From Acidobacteriota bacterium (GTDB lineage Bacteria > Acidobacteriota > Vicinamibacteria > Vicinamibacterales > UBA2999): 64,000 bases of DNA. Of this stretch, positions 35,899-45,504 are shown one piece after another. Location of the stretch: positions 28,386 to 92,385 of the forward strand of contig CAUJDN010000054.1 in assembly GCA_963169195.1 (NCBI GenBank), in the 5' to 3' direction. Numbering within the stretch: the first letter of the stretch is position 1; each line of letters begins with the position of its first letter. The translations under genes were made by a program, and so were the position numbers. The notes under the pieces were generated by a model. The model searched no databases and was not told where the DNA came from. It worked only from the letters and a program-made list of their open reading frames with translations.

Positions 35899-37734
35899 TT
35901 GCCTGTTGACGTCTCGCTGCTGCCCAACCTGAAGAACATCGCCACCCGGCTTCGCATCGAGTCCATCCGGGCCACGACCGCGGCCGGCAGCGGGCATCCG
36001 ACGACCTGCCAGTCGGCGGCGGACCTCATGGCGGCGCTGTTCTTCGCCGAGATGCGATTCGACCCCCGGAACCCGCAGCATCCCCTGGCCGACCGCTTGG
36101 TGATGTCCAAGGGCCACGCGGCGCCGCTGCTCTATGCCATGTGGGCCGAGGCCGGCTTCGTGCCGCGCGAGCGGCTCACGGACCTGCGGCTCCTCACCTC
36201 CGACCTCGAGGGCCATCCCACCCCGCGACTGTCCTTCGTGGACGTGGCGACCGGGTCGCTGGGGCAGGGGCTCGCGGCGGGCGTGGGCACGGCGCTCAAC
36301 GCGCGCCGCATCGGCGCCGATTACCGCACCTATGTCCTGATGGGCGACGGCGAGACGGCGGAGGGCTCGGTCTGGGAGGCTGCCTCGGTCGCGCACCTCT
36401 ACGCGCTCGACGCGCTCTGCGCCATCGTGGACGTCAACGCGCTCGGGCAGAGCCGCGCCACCGAGCTGGCGCACGACATGGAGACCTACCGCACGCGCTG
36501 GCAGGCGTTCGGCTGGCACACGGTGGTCATCGACGGCCACGACATGGTGCAGGTGCTCGGTGCGTACGCGGAGGCGCGCGCGACGAAGGGACGGCCCACC
36601 GTCATCCTGGCGCGCACCCTGAAGGGGAAGGGTGTGTCGTTCACGGAAGGCAAGCCCAACTGGCACGGCAAGCCGCTCAAGCCCGAGGAGGCCGCGCGCG
36701 CCTGCGCCGAGCTCGAGGCGCAGTTCGAGGCCGAGACGCGGCCGACGCCGGCCATCCCCGTGCCGCCGGCCCCGACCGACGCGCCGGCTCCGGGCACGAT
36801 GCCCGCGCCCACGTACACGCTGGGCGAGCAGGTCGCCACGCGCGAAGCCTATGGGACGGCCATCACCAAGCTCGCCTCCGTGGACCCGCGCGTTGTCGCG
36901 CTGGACGCCGACGTGAAGAACTCCACGTTCAGCGAGCGTTTCGAGGCGGCGCACCCGGACCGCTTCTACCAGTGCTTCATCGCCGAGCAGGTGATGATCG
37001 GCGCGGCGATGGGCCTGGCCGCGCGCGGCGCGGTGCCGTTCCCCTCCACCTTCGCGGCGTTTCTCACGCGCGCGTCGGACTTCATCCGCATGGCCGCCAT
37101 CAGCGGCGTGAACATCAAGCTCGCCGGCTCGCACGCGGGCGTGTCGATCGGCGAGGACGGCCCGTCGCAGATGGCGCTCGAGGACTTCGCGATGACCGCA
37201 GCGCAGCCCAATTTCACCGTGCTGTATCCGGCGGACGCGGTGAGCACCGAGAAGCTCGTCGGCGAGATGGCGCGGCACCGCGGCCCCGCGTACATGCGCA
37301 CGTCGCGCCCGAAGACGCCGGTCATCTACGACAACGCCGAGTCCTTCCCCATCGGCGGCCTCAAGGTGCTGCGCAGCAGCGCCGGGGACACCGCCACGGT
37401 GATCGGCGCTGGCGTCACGCTCTTCGAGGCGCTCGAGGCCCACGACGCGCTGAAGGCCGAAGGGATTGCCATCCGCGTCATCGATCTCTATTCCATCCAG
37501 CCGATCGACGCCGCCGCGCTCATCGCGGCTGGGCGCGAAACCGGGCGGATCATCACGGTCGAGGATCACTACATCGCGGGCGGCATCGGCGACGCCGTGG
37601 CCCGCGCCGTGGCGCCGGCCGGCCTCACGGTCACGCGCCTTGCCGTCACCGAGATCCCGCGCAGCGGCAAGCCCGACGAGCTGATCGCGAAGTACGGCAT
37701 CTCGGCGAGGGCGATCATCGAGGCCGTCCGCTGA
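35899..37734 (+). CDS. tkt: transketolase (N- and C-terminal halves fused)
   Basis: TTG start 7 nt after GGAGGG. Motifs SGHPTTCQSAADLMAALFF and GDGETAEGSVWEA, plus the pyrimidine-binding and C-terminal domains. The start could instead be GTG 35875. Confidence 0.9.
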   Translation: MPVDVSLLPNLKNIATRLRIESIRATTAAGSGHPTTCQSAADLMAALFFAEMRFDPRNPQHPLADRLVMSKGHAAPLLYAMWAEAGFVPRERLTDLRLLTSDLEGHPTPRLSFVDVATGSLGQGLAAGVGTALNARRIGADYRTYVLMGDGETAEGSVWEAASVAHLYALDALCAIVDVNALGQSRATELAHDMETYRTRWQAFGWHTVVIDGHDMVQVLGAYAEARATKGRPTVILARTLKGKGVSFTEGKPNWHGKPLKPEEAARACAELEAQFEAETRPTPAIPVPPAPTDAPAPGTMPAPTYTLGEQVATREAYGTAITKLASVDPRVVALDADVKNSTFSERFEAAHPDRFYQCFIAEQVMIGAAMGLAARGAVPFPSTFAAFLTRASDFIRMAAISGVNIKLAGSHAGVSIGEDGPSQMALEDFAMTAAQPNFTVLYPADAVSTEKLVGEMARHRGPAYMRTSRPKTPVIYDNAESFPIGGLKVLRSSAGDTATVIGAGVTLFEALEAHDALKAEGIAIRVIDLYSIQPIDAAALIAAGRETGRIITVEDHYIAGGIGDAVARAVAPAGLTVTRLAVTEIPRSGKPDELIAKYGISARAIIEAVR

Positions 37735-37754
37735 CCTGAGGAGCTCATCCCCCA

Positions 37755-40742
37755 ATGCGTGTCGCTCGAATCACGACCGGGGTCGTGGCCACCCTGCTGG
37801 CGATGCAGGCCGGCGGGGCCGCGCGACAGGCGACGCCGGGCGTGCAGGACGCGGCGTGGGCGCCCGACGGTCGCCGCATCGCCGTGTCGTACCTGGATCG
37901 CATCTGGACGATGAACCCGGACGGACGCCAGGCCCGCGCGCTGGCGGCCGACTCGGGCGCCGTGGAGCGCGAGCCCGCATGGTCGCCCGATGGCACGCGC
38001 CTCGCCCACGCGAACGACTCGGGCGCCGGCTTCGACATCGTCGTCACCGTGGTGAAGACCGGGGCCTCGACCGTGGTTGCGGCCATGCCCGGGGACGAAC
38101 GGTGGCCGTCCTGGACGCCGGACGGCCGGCTCGTCTTCGCGCACCGGGGGGCACCGCCCGCCGGCCACGGCGCGGACGCCTCGCGCCAGTGGGACCTCTA
38201 CCTGGCCGTCCCGGTCGCCGGTTCCGACGCCTGGCAGGCCCCGGTGCCGCTCACCGACACCATCGACAGCGAGACCTTCCCGCGCGTGTCGCCGGATGGC
38301 CGCAAGGTTGCGTTCGTCTCCGAGCGCGATGCCGAGGACGACGTGGACCTGTGGTGGATGCCGCTGGTGTCCGGCGTGACGAGGCCCGTGCCGCTTGGCG
38401 CGCGCGTGGCGGCGGCGGGCCGCTCCGGCCCGTCGGTTCCGTCTGTCGAGACGAAGGCGCCGCGCGCCACGCTCATCGCGCGCGCGCGGGGCACGGAAGG
38501 GCCGCTCTCGTGGGCGCCCGACAGCCAGCGGATCGCGTACTTCGCCGTCCGGGAGGGCATCGGGTCGGTCTGGGTGGCGGGTGTCGAGCCCGCGCGGCCC
38601 GACGCGGGCGAAGCGCCCGAGCCCCGCGCGAAGCCGTCCGCACCGCCGCAGCTCGTGTCGCGCAGGGGTGGCGCGCCGGCATGGTCGCCCGACGGCCGCT
38701 CGATTCTCGTCACGGGCCTGCCCGACCCTCAGCCGGTCTACAACGGAAATCCGCTCCGCAGCGAGGCCGATCCGCCGCCGCTCTTCGCGCTGAACGCCGC
38801 GTTCCAGCTCTGGCGCGTGCCCGCGCCGCTGCCCGTGCACGAATCGGGCGGCGAGGTGAGCGCGAGCCTGCCGTTGTCGCCGGCGCTGCTGACCTCGGCG
38901 TTCGACCGGGTGTGGGAGACGCTGCGCGGCCTCTACTACTCGTCGGGGCCGTCGGCGGAGGCCTGGTCGAGGGCGCGCGAGCGCCATCGGCCGCGCGCCG
39001 CCGCCGCACGGACCGGCGCCGCGTTCGAGGCCGTCGTGGACGAGATGGTGGCCGAGCAGCCGCTCATCAAGCCCGTGGTCACCTCGAACGGCGGCATGGT
39101 CGTCTCGGGGCACCCGCTGGCATCGGCGGCCGGTCGCCTGGCGTTCGAGAAGGGCGGCAACGTCGTGGACGCGATGATCGCCGTCTCGTTCGCGCTCGGC
39201 GTCGTCGAGCCCGAGGCGTCGGGCATTGGCGGCGACGGCTCGGCCGTGCTCTACCTCAAGGGCATGACGCGTCCGACGGTGATCGAATACAAGGACATGA
39301 CGCCCATGCGCGCGACGCCGGACAACCCGGCCATCGTGCAGAACGGGCGGCTCGTCGCCGACGGCCCGGCCGCGGCCAACATCCCGGGCGTCGTGGCCGG
39401 CCTCGATCACCTGTACCGGAACTACGGCAGCGGCAAGGTCAAGTGGGCGGATCTGGTCGAGCCCGCGATCGCGCTGGCGGACGAGGGCTTCATCCTGGAC
39501 GAGGCGCTGCCCACGACCATCGCGGAGGGACGGCGCTTCCTGGAGAAGTGGCCCGAGGCGGCGAAGATCTACCTGCCCGGCGGGAAGGTGCCGCGCCCCG
39601 GCGACAGGTTCGTCAACAAGGACTACGCCACCACGCTGCGCGCCATCCAGCAGGGCGGCGGCGAGGCGTTCTACCGCGGTGAGATTGCCCGGACGATCGC
39701 AGAGGACATGGAGGCGAACGGCGGCATCATCACCTATGCCGACCTCGCGCAGTACCGTGCCATCGAGCGGGAGCCCGTGGTGGGGCAGTACCGGGGGCAC
39801 GCGCTCTACGCGGGCGGTCCGCCGGTCGCCACCGGCATCCAGTTGTTCGAGTCGCTGCACGTCCTGGAGCAATACCAGCCGAAGCCGGGCGCGCGCCTCG
39901 TGACCGACGCGGACTACTTCCACTACCTGATCGAGGCGTGGAAGGTGCGCGACCCACTGAGGCGCGTCGCGGATCCCGAGCGATGGCCCGTGGACTTCGC
40001 CGATCACCTGACGATGGAGCACGCGCGCACGCTGTTCCGGAAGATCGACCCGATGAAGGCGTCACGCTACGAGCGTCAGCCCGAGGAGGCCCAGGGGACG
40101 CCGACCCCCCCGACGGTGGGGCCGCGCATCTCGACGGGCACGACCTCGTTCGCCGTGGCCGACGCCCAGGGCAACATGATTGCCGTCACCCAGACGCTGA
40201 GCACGTGGGGCGGGACGTTCTACGTGTCCAAGGGCCTGGGCTTCCTCTACAACAACCACCTGCGGTCGAACCGCCTGACGCCGGGCGCGTACGGGAGCCT
40301 GGTGCCGCTGGCGCGATCGAGTACGGCGAGCGTGCCGACGCTGGTGTTCGAGAGGATGGCCTCGGGGGAGGAGGTGCCGAAGCTGGCGGTGGGCTGCGCG
40401 GGCAACGCCTGGATCCCGGTGTCGGTCTATAACATCATCACGAGTGTCATCGACGGCGGGCTGGGCGCGCAGCGCGCCATCGAGGCCGCGCGCTTCCTGC
40501 CGGGCCGCGACCCCGCGGACCCGACCGACGACGGCGGGCGCGTGGAAATCGAGGATCGCTTTCCGCGGAGCCTCGTCGACACCCTGCGCGCCCGCGGGCA
40601 TCTCTTCCAGAAGATCGGCCGCAAGGGCGAGGTGCGCTACGGCTACGCCGCGGCCATCACCGTCGACGTGCCGAACGGCCGCGTCGAGGGAGGTGCCGAG
40701 CCAAGACGCTCCCACGCGGCGGTGGCGGCGGCCAGGCGATAG
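37755..40742 (+). CDS. secreted fusion: TolB-like PD40 beta-propeller repeats + gamma-glutamyltranspeptidase
   Basis: 995 aa with a signal peptide. The N-terminal ~330 aa carry repeated ..WSPDG..IAF/VAF.. PD40 motifs. The GGT part has VVSGHPLASAAG, EASGIGGDG and the nucleophile TTSFAVADAQGN. Confidence 0.9.
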   Translation: MRVARITTGVVATLLAMQAGGAARQATPGVQDAAWAPDGRRIAVSYLDRIWTMNPDGRQARALAADSGAVEREPAWSPDGTRLAHANDSGAGFDIVVTVVKTGASTVVAAMPGDERWPSWTPDGRLVFAHRGAPPAGHGADASRQWDLYLAVPVAGSDAWQAPVPLTDTIDSETFPRVSPDGRKVAFVSERDAEDDVDLWWMPLVSGVTRPVPLGARVAAAGRSGPSVPSVETKAPRATLIARARGTEGPLSWAPDSQRIAYFAVREGIGSVWVAGVEPARPDAGEAPEPRAKPSAPPQLVSRRGGAPAWSPDGRSILVTGLPDPQPVYNGNPLRSEADPPPLFALNAAFQLWRVPAPLPVHESGGEVSASLPLSPALLTSAFDRVWETLRGLYYSSGPSAEAWSRARERHRPRAAAARTGAAFEAVVDEMVAEQPLIKPVVTSNGGMVVSGHPLASAAGRLAFEKGGNVVDAMIAVSFALGVVEPEASGIGGDGSAVLYLKGMTRPTVIEYKDMTPMRATPDNPAIVQNGRLVADGPAAANIPGVVAGLDHLYRNYGSGKVKWADLVEPAIALADEGFILDEALPTTIAEGRRFLEKWPEAAKIYLPGGKVPRPGDRFVNKDYATTLRAIQQGGGEAFYRGEIARTIAEDMEANGGIITYADLAQYRAIEREPVVGQYRGHALYAGGPPVATGIQLFESLHVLEQYQPKPGARLVTDADYFHYLIEAWKVRDPLRRVADPERWPVDFADHLTMEHARTLFRKIDPMKASRYERQPEEAQGTPTPPTVGPRISTGTTSFAVADAQGNMIAVTQTLSTWGGTFYVSKGLGFLYNNHLRSNRLTPGAYGSLVPLARSSTASVPTLVFERMASGEEVPKLAVGCAGNAWIPVSVYNIITSVIDGGLGAQRAIEAARFLPGRDPADPTDDGGRVEIEDRFPRSLVDTLRARGHLFQKIGRKGEVRYGYAAAITVDVPNGRVEGGAEPRRSHAAVAAARR

Positions 40743-40762
40743 CGAGGACAACGGCCGTGAGG

Positions 40763-40815
40763 TTGCACTGTGCACCCTCGCACCCTGCACCATTGCACCC
40801 GTGACCATGAAACCC
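40763..40815. repeat. degenerate 7-8-bp tandem repeat (T)TGCACCC x~6
   Basis: ttgcactg tgcaccc tcgcaccc tgcacca ttgcaccc gtgacca tgaaaccc, between the GGT stop (40742) and the bcp ATG (40830). Confidence 0.75.
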
Positions 40816-40829
40816 CGGAGCGTTCCTCC

Positions 40830-41297
40830 ATGTCGCTGATCGATCCCGGCAAGAAGGCGCCCGCGTTCTCGCTGAAGGACCAGGCGGGCAGGACGCACAC
40901 GCTGGCCGACTACGCCGGCCGCCCCGTCGTGCTGTATTTCTATCCGAAGGACGACACGCCAGGCTGCACCGCCGAAGCCTGTGCGTTCCAGGACAACCTG
41001 CCGACGTTCGGCAAGGGCAAGGCGGTCGTCCTCGGCGTCAGCGTGCTCGACGAGAAGAGCAAGGCGAAGTTCGCGGACAAGTACTCGCTGACGTTCCCCC
41101 TGCTGGCCGATCCCGACCACGCCGTCATCGAGAGGTACGGCGCGTGGCAGGAGAAGTCGATGTACGGCCGGAAGTACATGGGGGTGGCCCGCATGACCTA
41201 CCTCATCGGCCCGGACGGCAAGGTCGCGAAGCGCTGGGACGCCGTGAAGGTGAAGGGGCACGCGGAGGACGTGCTTCGGGCGGTCGCCGGGCTCTGA
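40830..41297 (+). CDS. bcp: thiol peroxidase / peroxiredoxin Bcp
   Basis: 155 aa from the internal [18 protein letters not shown] active-site motif. Confidence 0.9.
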   Translation: MSLIDPGKKAPAFSLKDQAGRTHTLADYAGRPVVLYFYPKDDTPGCTAEACAFQDNLPTFGKGKAVVLGVSVLDEKSKAKFADKYSLTFPLLADPDHAVIERYGAWQEKSMYGRKYMGVARMTYLIGPDGKVAKRWDAVKVKGHAEDVLRAVAGL

Positions 41298-41300
41298 GCC

Positions 41301-41343
41301 GGGTCTTGGGGTCTTTGGGTCTTGGGGTCTTGAGGTCTTGGGG
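41301..41343. repeat. octamer tandem repeat GGGTCTTG x5
   Basis: gggtcttg gggtcttt gggtcttg gggtcttg aggtcttg ggg, starting 3 nt after the bcp TGA. Confidence 0.95.
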
Positions 41344-41363
41344 CCGTATCGCTGGCCAAGGTT

Positions 41364-41392
41364 CATCTGTGTCATCTGCGCCATCTGCGGCT
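41364..41392. repeat. 9-mer tandem repeat CATCTG(T/C)G(T/C/G) x3; 19 nt identical to 29903-29921
   Basis: catctgtgt catctgcgc catctgcgg ct, lying 19-40 nt upstream of the candidate starts of the next gene. Confidence 0.85.
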
Positions 41393-41410
41393 TCGGGGTC
41401 GCGGTCTGAG

Positions 41411-42628
41411 TTGAGGCTCCACGTTCGCGGCATGGACTGCGCGGACGAGGCCTCGCTCATCCGCCACGTCCTGGACGTGCCCGGCGTCCTCGATCTCGAG
41501 TTCGATCTCGTCGGCCGTCAGGTGAGCGTGTCGTACGACCCGGCGCGGCTGCAGCCCGACGCGATCATCGCGCGCGTCGCAGCGACGGGGCTGGGCGTGC
41601 ACTCGCATGCGCACGGCGAGCACGTGCACGACGACCACCAGGCGCACGGCCAGGCGCCCGCTCATCCCGGGCGGACGTGGATGTGGGCGGTGGCGAGCGG
41701 CGCGCTGATGCTCGTCGGATGGGCCGTGGACGCCTGGCACGCCGAGACCTGGGTGGAGGCGATGGTCGGCCACGACCATGGCCCGGGAGCCGGCGAGGCC
41801 GCCGGCGCGCGCCCGATCGCGGCCCTGGCGGCCTACGGGGCGTCCATCATCCTCGGCCTCGCGCCGGTGCTGCCGCGCGCGATCGTCTCGCTGCGCTATC
41901 TCCGCCTGGACATGCACGTGCTGGTGTCGGTGTCGGCACTCGGCGCCGCGGCCGTGGGGCAGTGGGCGGAGGGCGCGGCGGTGGCCTGTCTCTTCGCGCT
42001 CGCTCACCTGATGGAGGCGTGGAGCATCGAGCGCGCGCGCGTGGCCGTGAGCCAGCTCGTGGGACACGAGCCGGGGTGGGGTGAGGACGGCGCCCGCACG
42101 GCGGCGGGTGTCGAGCGCTGGATCGAGCGCTTCGCCGCCGTCTACACGCCGCTGGTCACCTCGGCCGCGCTGACGCTGGTCGTCGTGCCGCCGCTGTTCG
42201 ATGGCGCCTGGAATACGTGGTTCTACCGCGGACTCATCTTCCTCGTGCTGGCGTGCCCGTGCGCGCTGGTGATCTCGACGCCAGTGACGGTGGTGGCGGC
42301 CGTGACCTCGGCCGCCAGGCGGGGCGTCCTCTTCAAAGGGGGCCTGGCACTGGAGCGCGCCGCGGCCGACACGCAGGGCGCACTGGCGCGGCGCGACGTG
42401 GTGCTCATGCCCGGCGCCCCCGACGATGGGGGCACCTTCGCCGGCGCGCACGCCCGCCGCGCGCTCGGCGTCATCCGGCAGAATGTCACCCTCGCGCTTC
42501 TCACGAAGCTGGCCTTTCTCGTCTCGGCGGCCATGGGCGCCGCTCCGCTCTGGCTCGCCGTCCTCGCCGACACCGGCGCCACCGTCGCCGTCACCCTGAA
42601 CGGCCTGCGCCTCCTGCGGGCGACGTGA
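41411..42628 (+). CDS. P1B-type heavy-metal ATPase-derived membrane protein: HMA-like domain + His-rich linker + TM core with CPC motif, but no actuator, phosphorylation or nucleotide-binding domains
   Basis: ~405 aa. Read in order: LRLHVRGMDCADEAS (HMA-like, second Cys replaced); HSHAHGEHVHDDHQAH; TM segments; LACPCALVISTP; GVLFKGG directly followed ~15 aa later by RRDVVLM..IRQNVTLAL..LADTGATVAVTLNGLRLL. No TGE, DKTGT or GDGxND motif anywhere. Start TTG 41411 or ATG 41432. The track ORF start at 41144 overlaps bcp and is rejected. Confidence 0.7.
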   Translation: MRLHVRGMDCADEASLIRHVLDVPGVLDLEFDLVGRQVSVSYDPARLQPDAIIARVAATGLGVHSHAHGEHVHDDHQAHGQAPAHPGRTWMWAVASGALMLVGWAVDAWHAETWVEAMVGHDHGPGAGEAAGARPIAALAAYGASIILGLAPVLPRAIVSLRYLRLDMHVLVSVSALGAAAVGQWAEGAAVACLFALAHLMEAWSIERARVAVSQLVGHEPGWGEDGARTAAGVERWIERFAAVYTPLVTSAALTLVVVPPLFDGAWNTWFYRGLIFLVLACPCALVISTPVTVVAAVTSAARRGVLFKGGLALERAAADTQGALARRDVVLMPGAPDDGGTFAGAHARRALGVIRQNVTLALLTKLAFLVSAAMGAAPLWLAVLADTGATVAVTLNGLRLLRAT

Positions 42629-42640
42629 AACCGACACCAC

Positions 42641-42697
42641 GACCTCGAGGCCCAGGCCTCGAGACCCAGGCCCCACGCCCCACGCCCCGTGTCCCCG
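42641..42697. repeat. C-tract short tandem repeats (GACCTCGAGGCCCAGG x2, then CCCCACG x3)
   Basis: gacctcgaggcccaggcctcgagacccaggccccacgccccacgccccgtgtcccc, in the convergent spacer. It ends 3 nt from the PIG-L gene stop and is G-rich in the sense of that gene. Confidence 0.9.
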
Positions 42698-42700
42698 CGC

Positions 42701-45328
42701 CTACCGCGGCGCCTTCGCCAGGCTGAGCAGGTTCGCAAACAGCCGGTATGCGCCGGGCACGCCGGCGGGGAGCTGGCGGAACCACGCGTACGCCGTGTAG
42801 ACGTAGCGCCCCTTGCCGATCTCCGCGTAGAGCTCGCCGCCGTTGTTCACGGGTTCGTGCGGGTCGCCCGATTCCAGCAGCGGCGTGTAACGCGGATCGA
42901 AGCGCGAGAAGGCGTAGAGGTGTCGCTCCTGCACCCAGCCGTCGAAGTCGGCCGGGCCGATGGCGTTCGGGAAGCGGAATCGCGCGTGGTCCGGCTGCAG
43001 GATGCGGACCGCCGCCGTCTCGTCCGTGACCCGCGCGCCGATCTGGCCGGGAAACGGCGCGAGCCCGCGCGCGGCGTAGTCGGTCTGCTGGTACTGCACC
43101 ACCAGCGTGCCGCCGCCTTCGACGTACTGCCGCAGCCGCGCGGTGGCGGCGACGAAGTCCGGCCGCGCCTCCGACGCCCGGACACCCACCACGATGGTGT
43201 CGAAACGCGCGAGATCGCCGGTGGCGAGCATCGCCGAGTCGATCAGCGTGAGCGGCAGGCCGAGCCGACGGATGGCGTCCGGCACCTGGTCGCCGCTGCC
43301 CATGATGTAGCCGACGGACACCGGCGCCACGTCCAGGTCGAACGCCTGCACGCGAACCGTCGCCGGGGCGTACAGCCGATGCGTCTGGATGTGCGGATAC
43401 GCAATCACCTGCAGGTCGCTCGTGTAGCGCGCGCCGTTCGTCTCCACGCGCGCGGCGATGTCGAAGGTGCCGACCGGAACCGGCATCGGAGGTGTGACGG
43501 TGAAGGCCGCGGCCGTGCGCTCGCCCGGCTTCAATGTGACGGGCACCCGTGCCGGCACGGCCGCCCACCCCTGCGGCATCTCGAGCGTCACCGTGCCGTT
43601 CACATTAGTGCCGGCCTGGCTCGAGACGCGCACCGCCACCGTCCGCGGCTCGGCGGCGCGGCCCGACGGCACGACCATGAGGCGGGAATCGAGGCCCACG
43701 GCCACCGCCGGCACCACGGCCACGTGGCGCCGGATCTCGCCGCGGATGCGGTCCGCGTAGCGATACTCGACGGGACGTGCCAGCTCGAACGACACGCCGG
43801 CCGCCTCCACGGGCAGGTGCGCGGTCAGCAGCGGCTCCGCGAACGGCGCGCCTGCTGGCGAGCCGGCCGGCCAGTCGAACCGATCCCCCTTGCGCGGCTG
43901 CGCCAGCCAGTACGGCTGCGTCAGCGGGGCATCGGCTGGCGCCTGCGCGCGAAACGTCGTGGACGCGGTGGGCGACTCGCGGAAGAATCGCGCGAACGGG
44001 TTGTCCGCGTCGGTGTCCGCCGGGCGCGGCGCCTGCGCAATCGTCCAACCCTCCGGGCCCGTCACGCGGGGCGTCCCCAGCCTGATCGCCGATGGATCCG
44101 CCGCGAACGCGCGCACGTCCACGACGACCGCGTCGCCGGGCGTGAGCGTCTCGGCGCTGGCCAGCGGATCCAGCGCCAGGCCCGCCGCCGCGGCGAGCGC
44201 CTCGGTGAAATCGCGCTCCTTGAACGCCAGCAGGAAATCGGCCTCGGCCTTCGCGTCTGCCGACGCCGACAACGCTCGTGCCGCACCCCGTGCCGCGCGC
44301 GTGGCCGCGAGCCCACGCGCCAGGGCCGGGACGATGGTCGAGGGTGTGCGCGCGTCGTACTGGCGCGACGCCTCCCTGGCCGCCGTGGCGATGGCCGCCA
44401 GTTCCTCCCTGAGCGACCCATCGGGCAGTCCCGCCAGCGCCGCAAGCCCGGGCACCGAGGTATCGATGCCCGCGAACAGGCTCGTCTCGCCGGTGCCCGG
44501 CGCGCCCGTGTGATTGGCGACGAGGCGCAGCAACGAGCGCTGCGGCCCCATCAGCTCGATCGCGCCCATCTCCTGCGACTTGTGCTGGCTGCGGCCCTCG
44601 AAGGCCATCTCCGCGTACGACCGCCCGATGACGGGATCGAGCACGCCCGTCGCGATCTCGGTCGTCGGCGGGGCCTTGGGATCGGGCCGGAACAGCTGGC
44701 CCACGTAGAGCTTCTTCGCCTGCCAGGGACGCAGCCCTTCCCCGATCTGCCCGGGGAACTGGGAAGGATCCGCCGCCGCCGCGAACGCCAGCGGCGTGAG
44801 CGATCCGGCCAGCTGGTGCTGGCCGTGGCCGTCAGCCGGTGTGCCGCTGAAGCGTGAAGCGATGACGAGCGGCCGGTACTGCCGGATGATCCGGACCATG
44901 TCGCCCAGCACCTCGCGCGTACCCCACTTCCGGCCGGCCTCTTCGAGCGTCTTCGAGAAGCCGTAGTCCATCGTCCGCGTGAAGAACTGCTCGCCGCCGT
45001 CCAGGCGCCGCGCCTGCAGCAGTTCCTCGGTGCGGATGACGCCGAGCGCTTCGAAGAGCTCCGGGCCGATGATGTTCTGCCCGCCTTCGCCGCGGTTGAG
45101 CGCGAGATAGGCCACTCGCGCGTGCTCGCCGCGCGCCAGGGTCGCGACGAGCGCCGAATCCTCATCGTCCGGATGCGCGCCGGTGTGCAGGGCACTGGCC
45201 GTGGTCTGGAGCCGACCGAGCAGCAGGGACAGGCCGGCGGCGCCGCGGTTGTAGATGGGGCGCACCTGCGCGGGAAGCGCACTGGTGATGAGGAGGACGA
45301 GGCTGGAAGCGAGGATGAGTCTGCGCAT
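42701..45328 (-). CDS. large secreted PIG-L/LmbE-family deacetylase with C-terminal ThuA/GATase1-like domain
   Basis: AHPDDEDS..NRGEGGQN PIG-L motif. I prefer the start at ATG 45328 (MRRLILASSLVLLITSALPAQ signal peptide) over GTG 45352, which lies against the repeat array. Confidence 0.85.
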   Translation of the reverse strand: MRRLILASSLVLLITSALPAQVRPIYNRGAAGLSLLLGRLQTTASALHTGAHPDDEDSALVATLARGEHARVAYLALNRGEGGQNIIGPELFEALGVIRTEELLQARRLDGGEQFFTRTMDYGFSKTLEEAGRKWGTREVLGDMVRIIRQYRPLVIASRFSGTPADGHGQHQLAGSLTPLAFAAAADPSQFPGQIGEGLRPWQAKKLYVGQLFRPDPKAPPTTEIATGVLDPVIGRSYAEMAFEGRSQHKSQEMGAIELMGPQRSLLRLVANHTGAPGTGETSLFAGIDTSVPGLAALAGLPDGSLREELAAIATAAREASRQYDARTPSTIVPALARGLAATRAARGAARALSASADAKAEADFLLAFKERDFTEALAAAAGLALDPLASAETLTPGDAVVVDVRAFAADPSAIRLGTPRVTGPEGWTIAQAPRPADTDADNPFARFFRESPTASTTFRAQAPADAPLTQPYWLAQPRKGDRFDWPAGSPAGAPFAEPLLTAHLPVEAAGVSFELARPVEYRYADRIRGEIRRHVAVVPAVAVGLDSRLMVVPSGRAAEPRTVAVRVSSQAGTNVNGTVTLEMPQGWAAVPARVPVTLKPGERTAAAFTVTPPMPVPVGTFDIAARVETNGARYTSDLQVIAYPHIQTHRLYAPATVRVQAFDLDVAPVSVGYIMGSGDQVPDAIRRLGLPLTLIDSAMLATGDLARFDTIVVGVRASEARPDFVAATARLRQYVEGGGTLVVQYQQTDYAARGLAPFPGQIGARVTDETAAVRILQPDHARFRFPNAIGPADFDGWVQERHLYAFSRFDPRYTPLLESGDPHEPVNNGGELYAEIGKGRYVYTAYAWFRQLPAGVPGAYRLFANLLSLAKAPR

Positions 45329-45352
45329 GGGCGTCAGCTCATCGTACCCCAC

Positions 45353-45395
45353 GGGTTCTCGGGTTCTGAGGTTCTCGGGTTCTCAGGTTCTCGGG
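45353..45395. repeat. octamer tandem repeat GGGTTCT(C/G) x5
   Basis: gggttctc gggttctg aggttctc gggttctc aggttctc ggg, immediately upstream (in the minus sense) of the PIG-L gene start. Confidence 0.95.
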
Positions 45396-45504
45396 TGTGC
45401 CACGCCGGGGCTGGAGCCGCAGGGCTCCGTGCGCCCCCCGCGTACGGTCCGGAGCGCCAGGGCTTCAGGTCAGCCCTGGCGTCCGTGTGGTGCTGGCGTC
45501 CTCG

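Noticed and set aside
41144-41410. N-terminal extension of the ATPase-derived ORF (track start 41144).
   Set aside because: It overlaps the well-supported bcp gene in another frame and then runs through the GGGTCTTG and CATCTG repeats. The HMA-like domain begins only at about 41411.
45329-45352. GTG 45352 as the start of the PIG-L gene.
   Set aside because: That start lies against the octamer repeat array and adds 8 residues before a textbook signal peptide beginning at ATG 45328.
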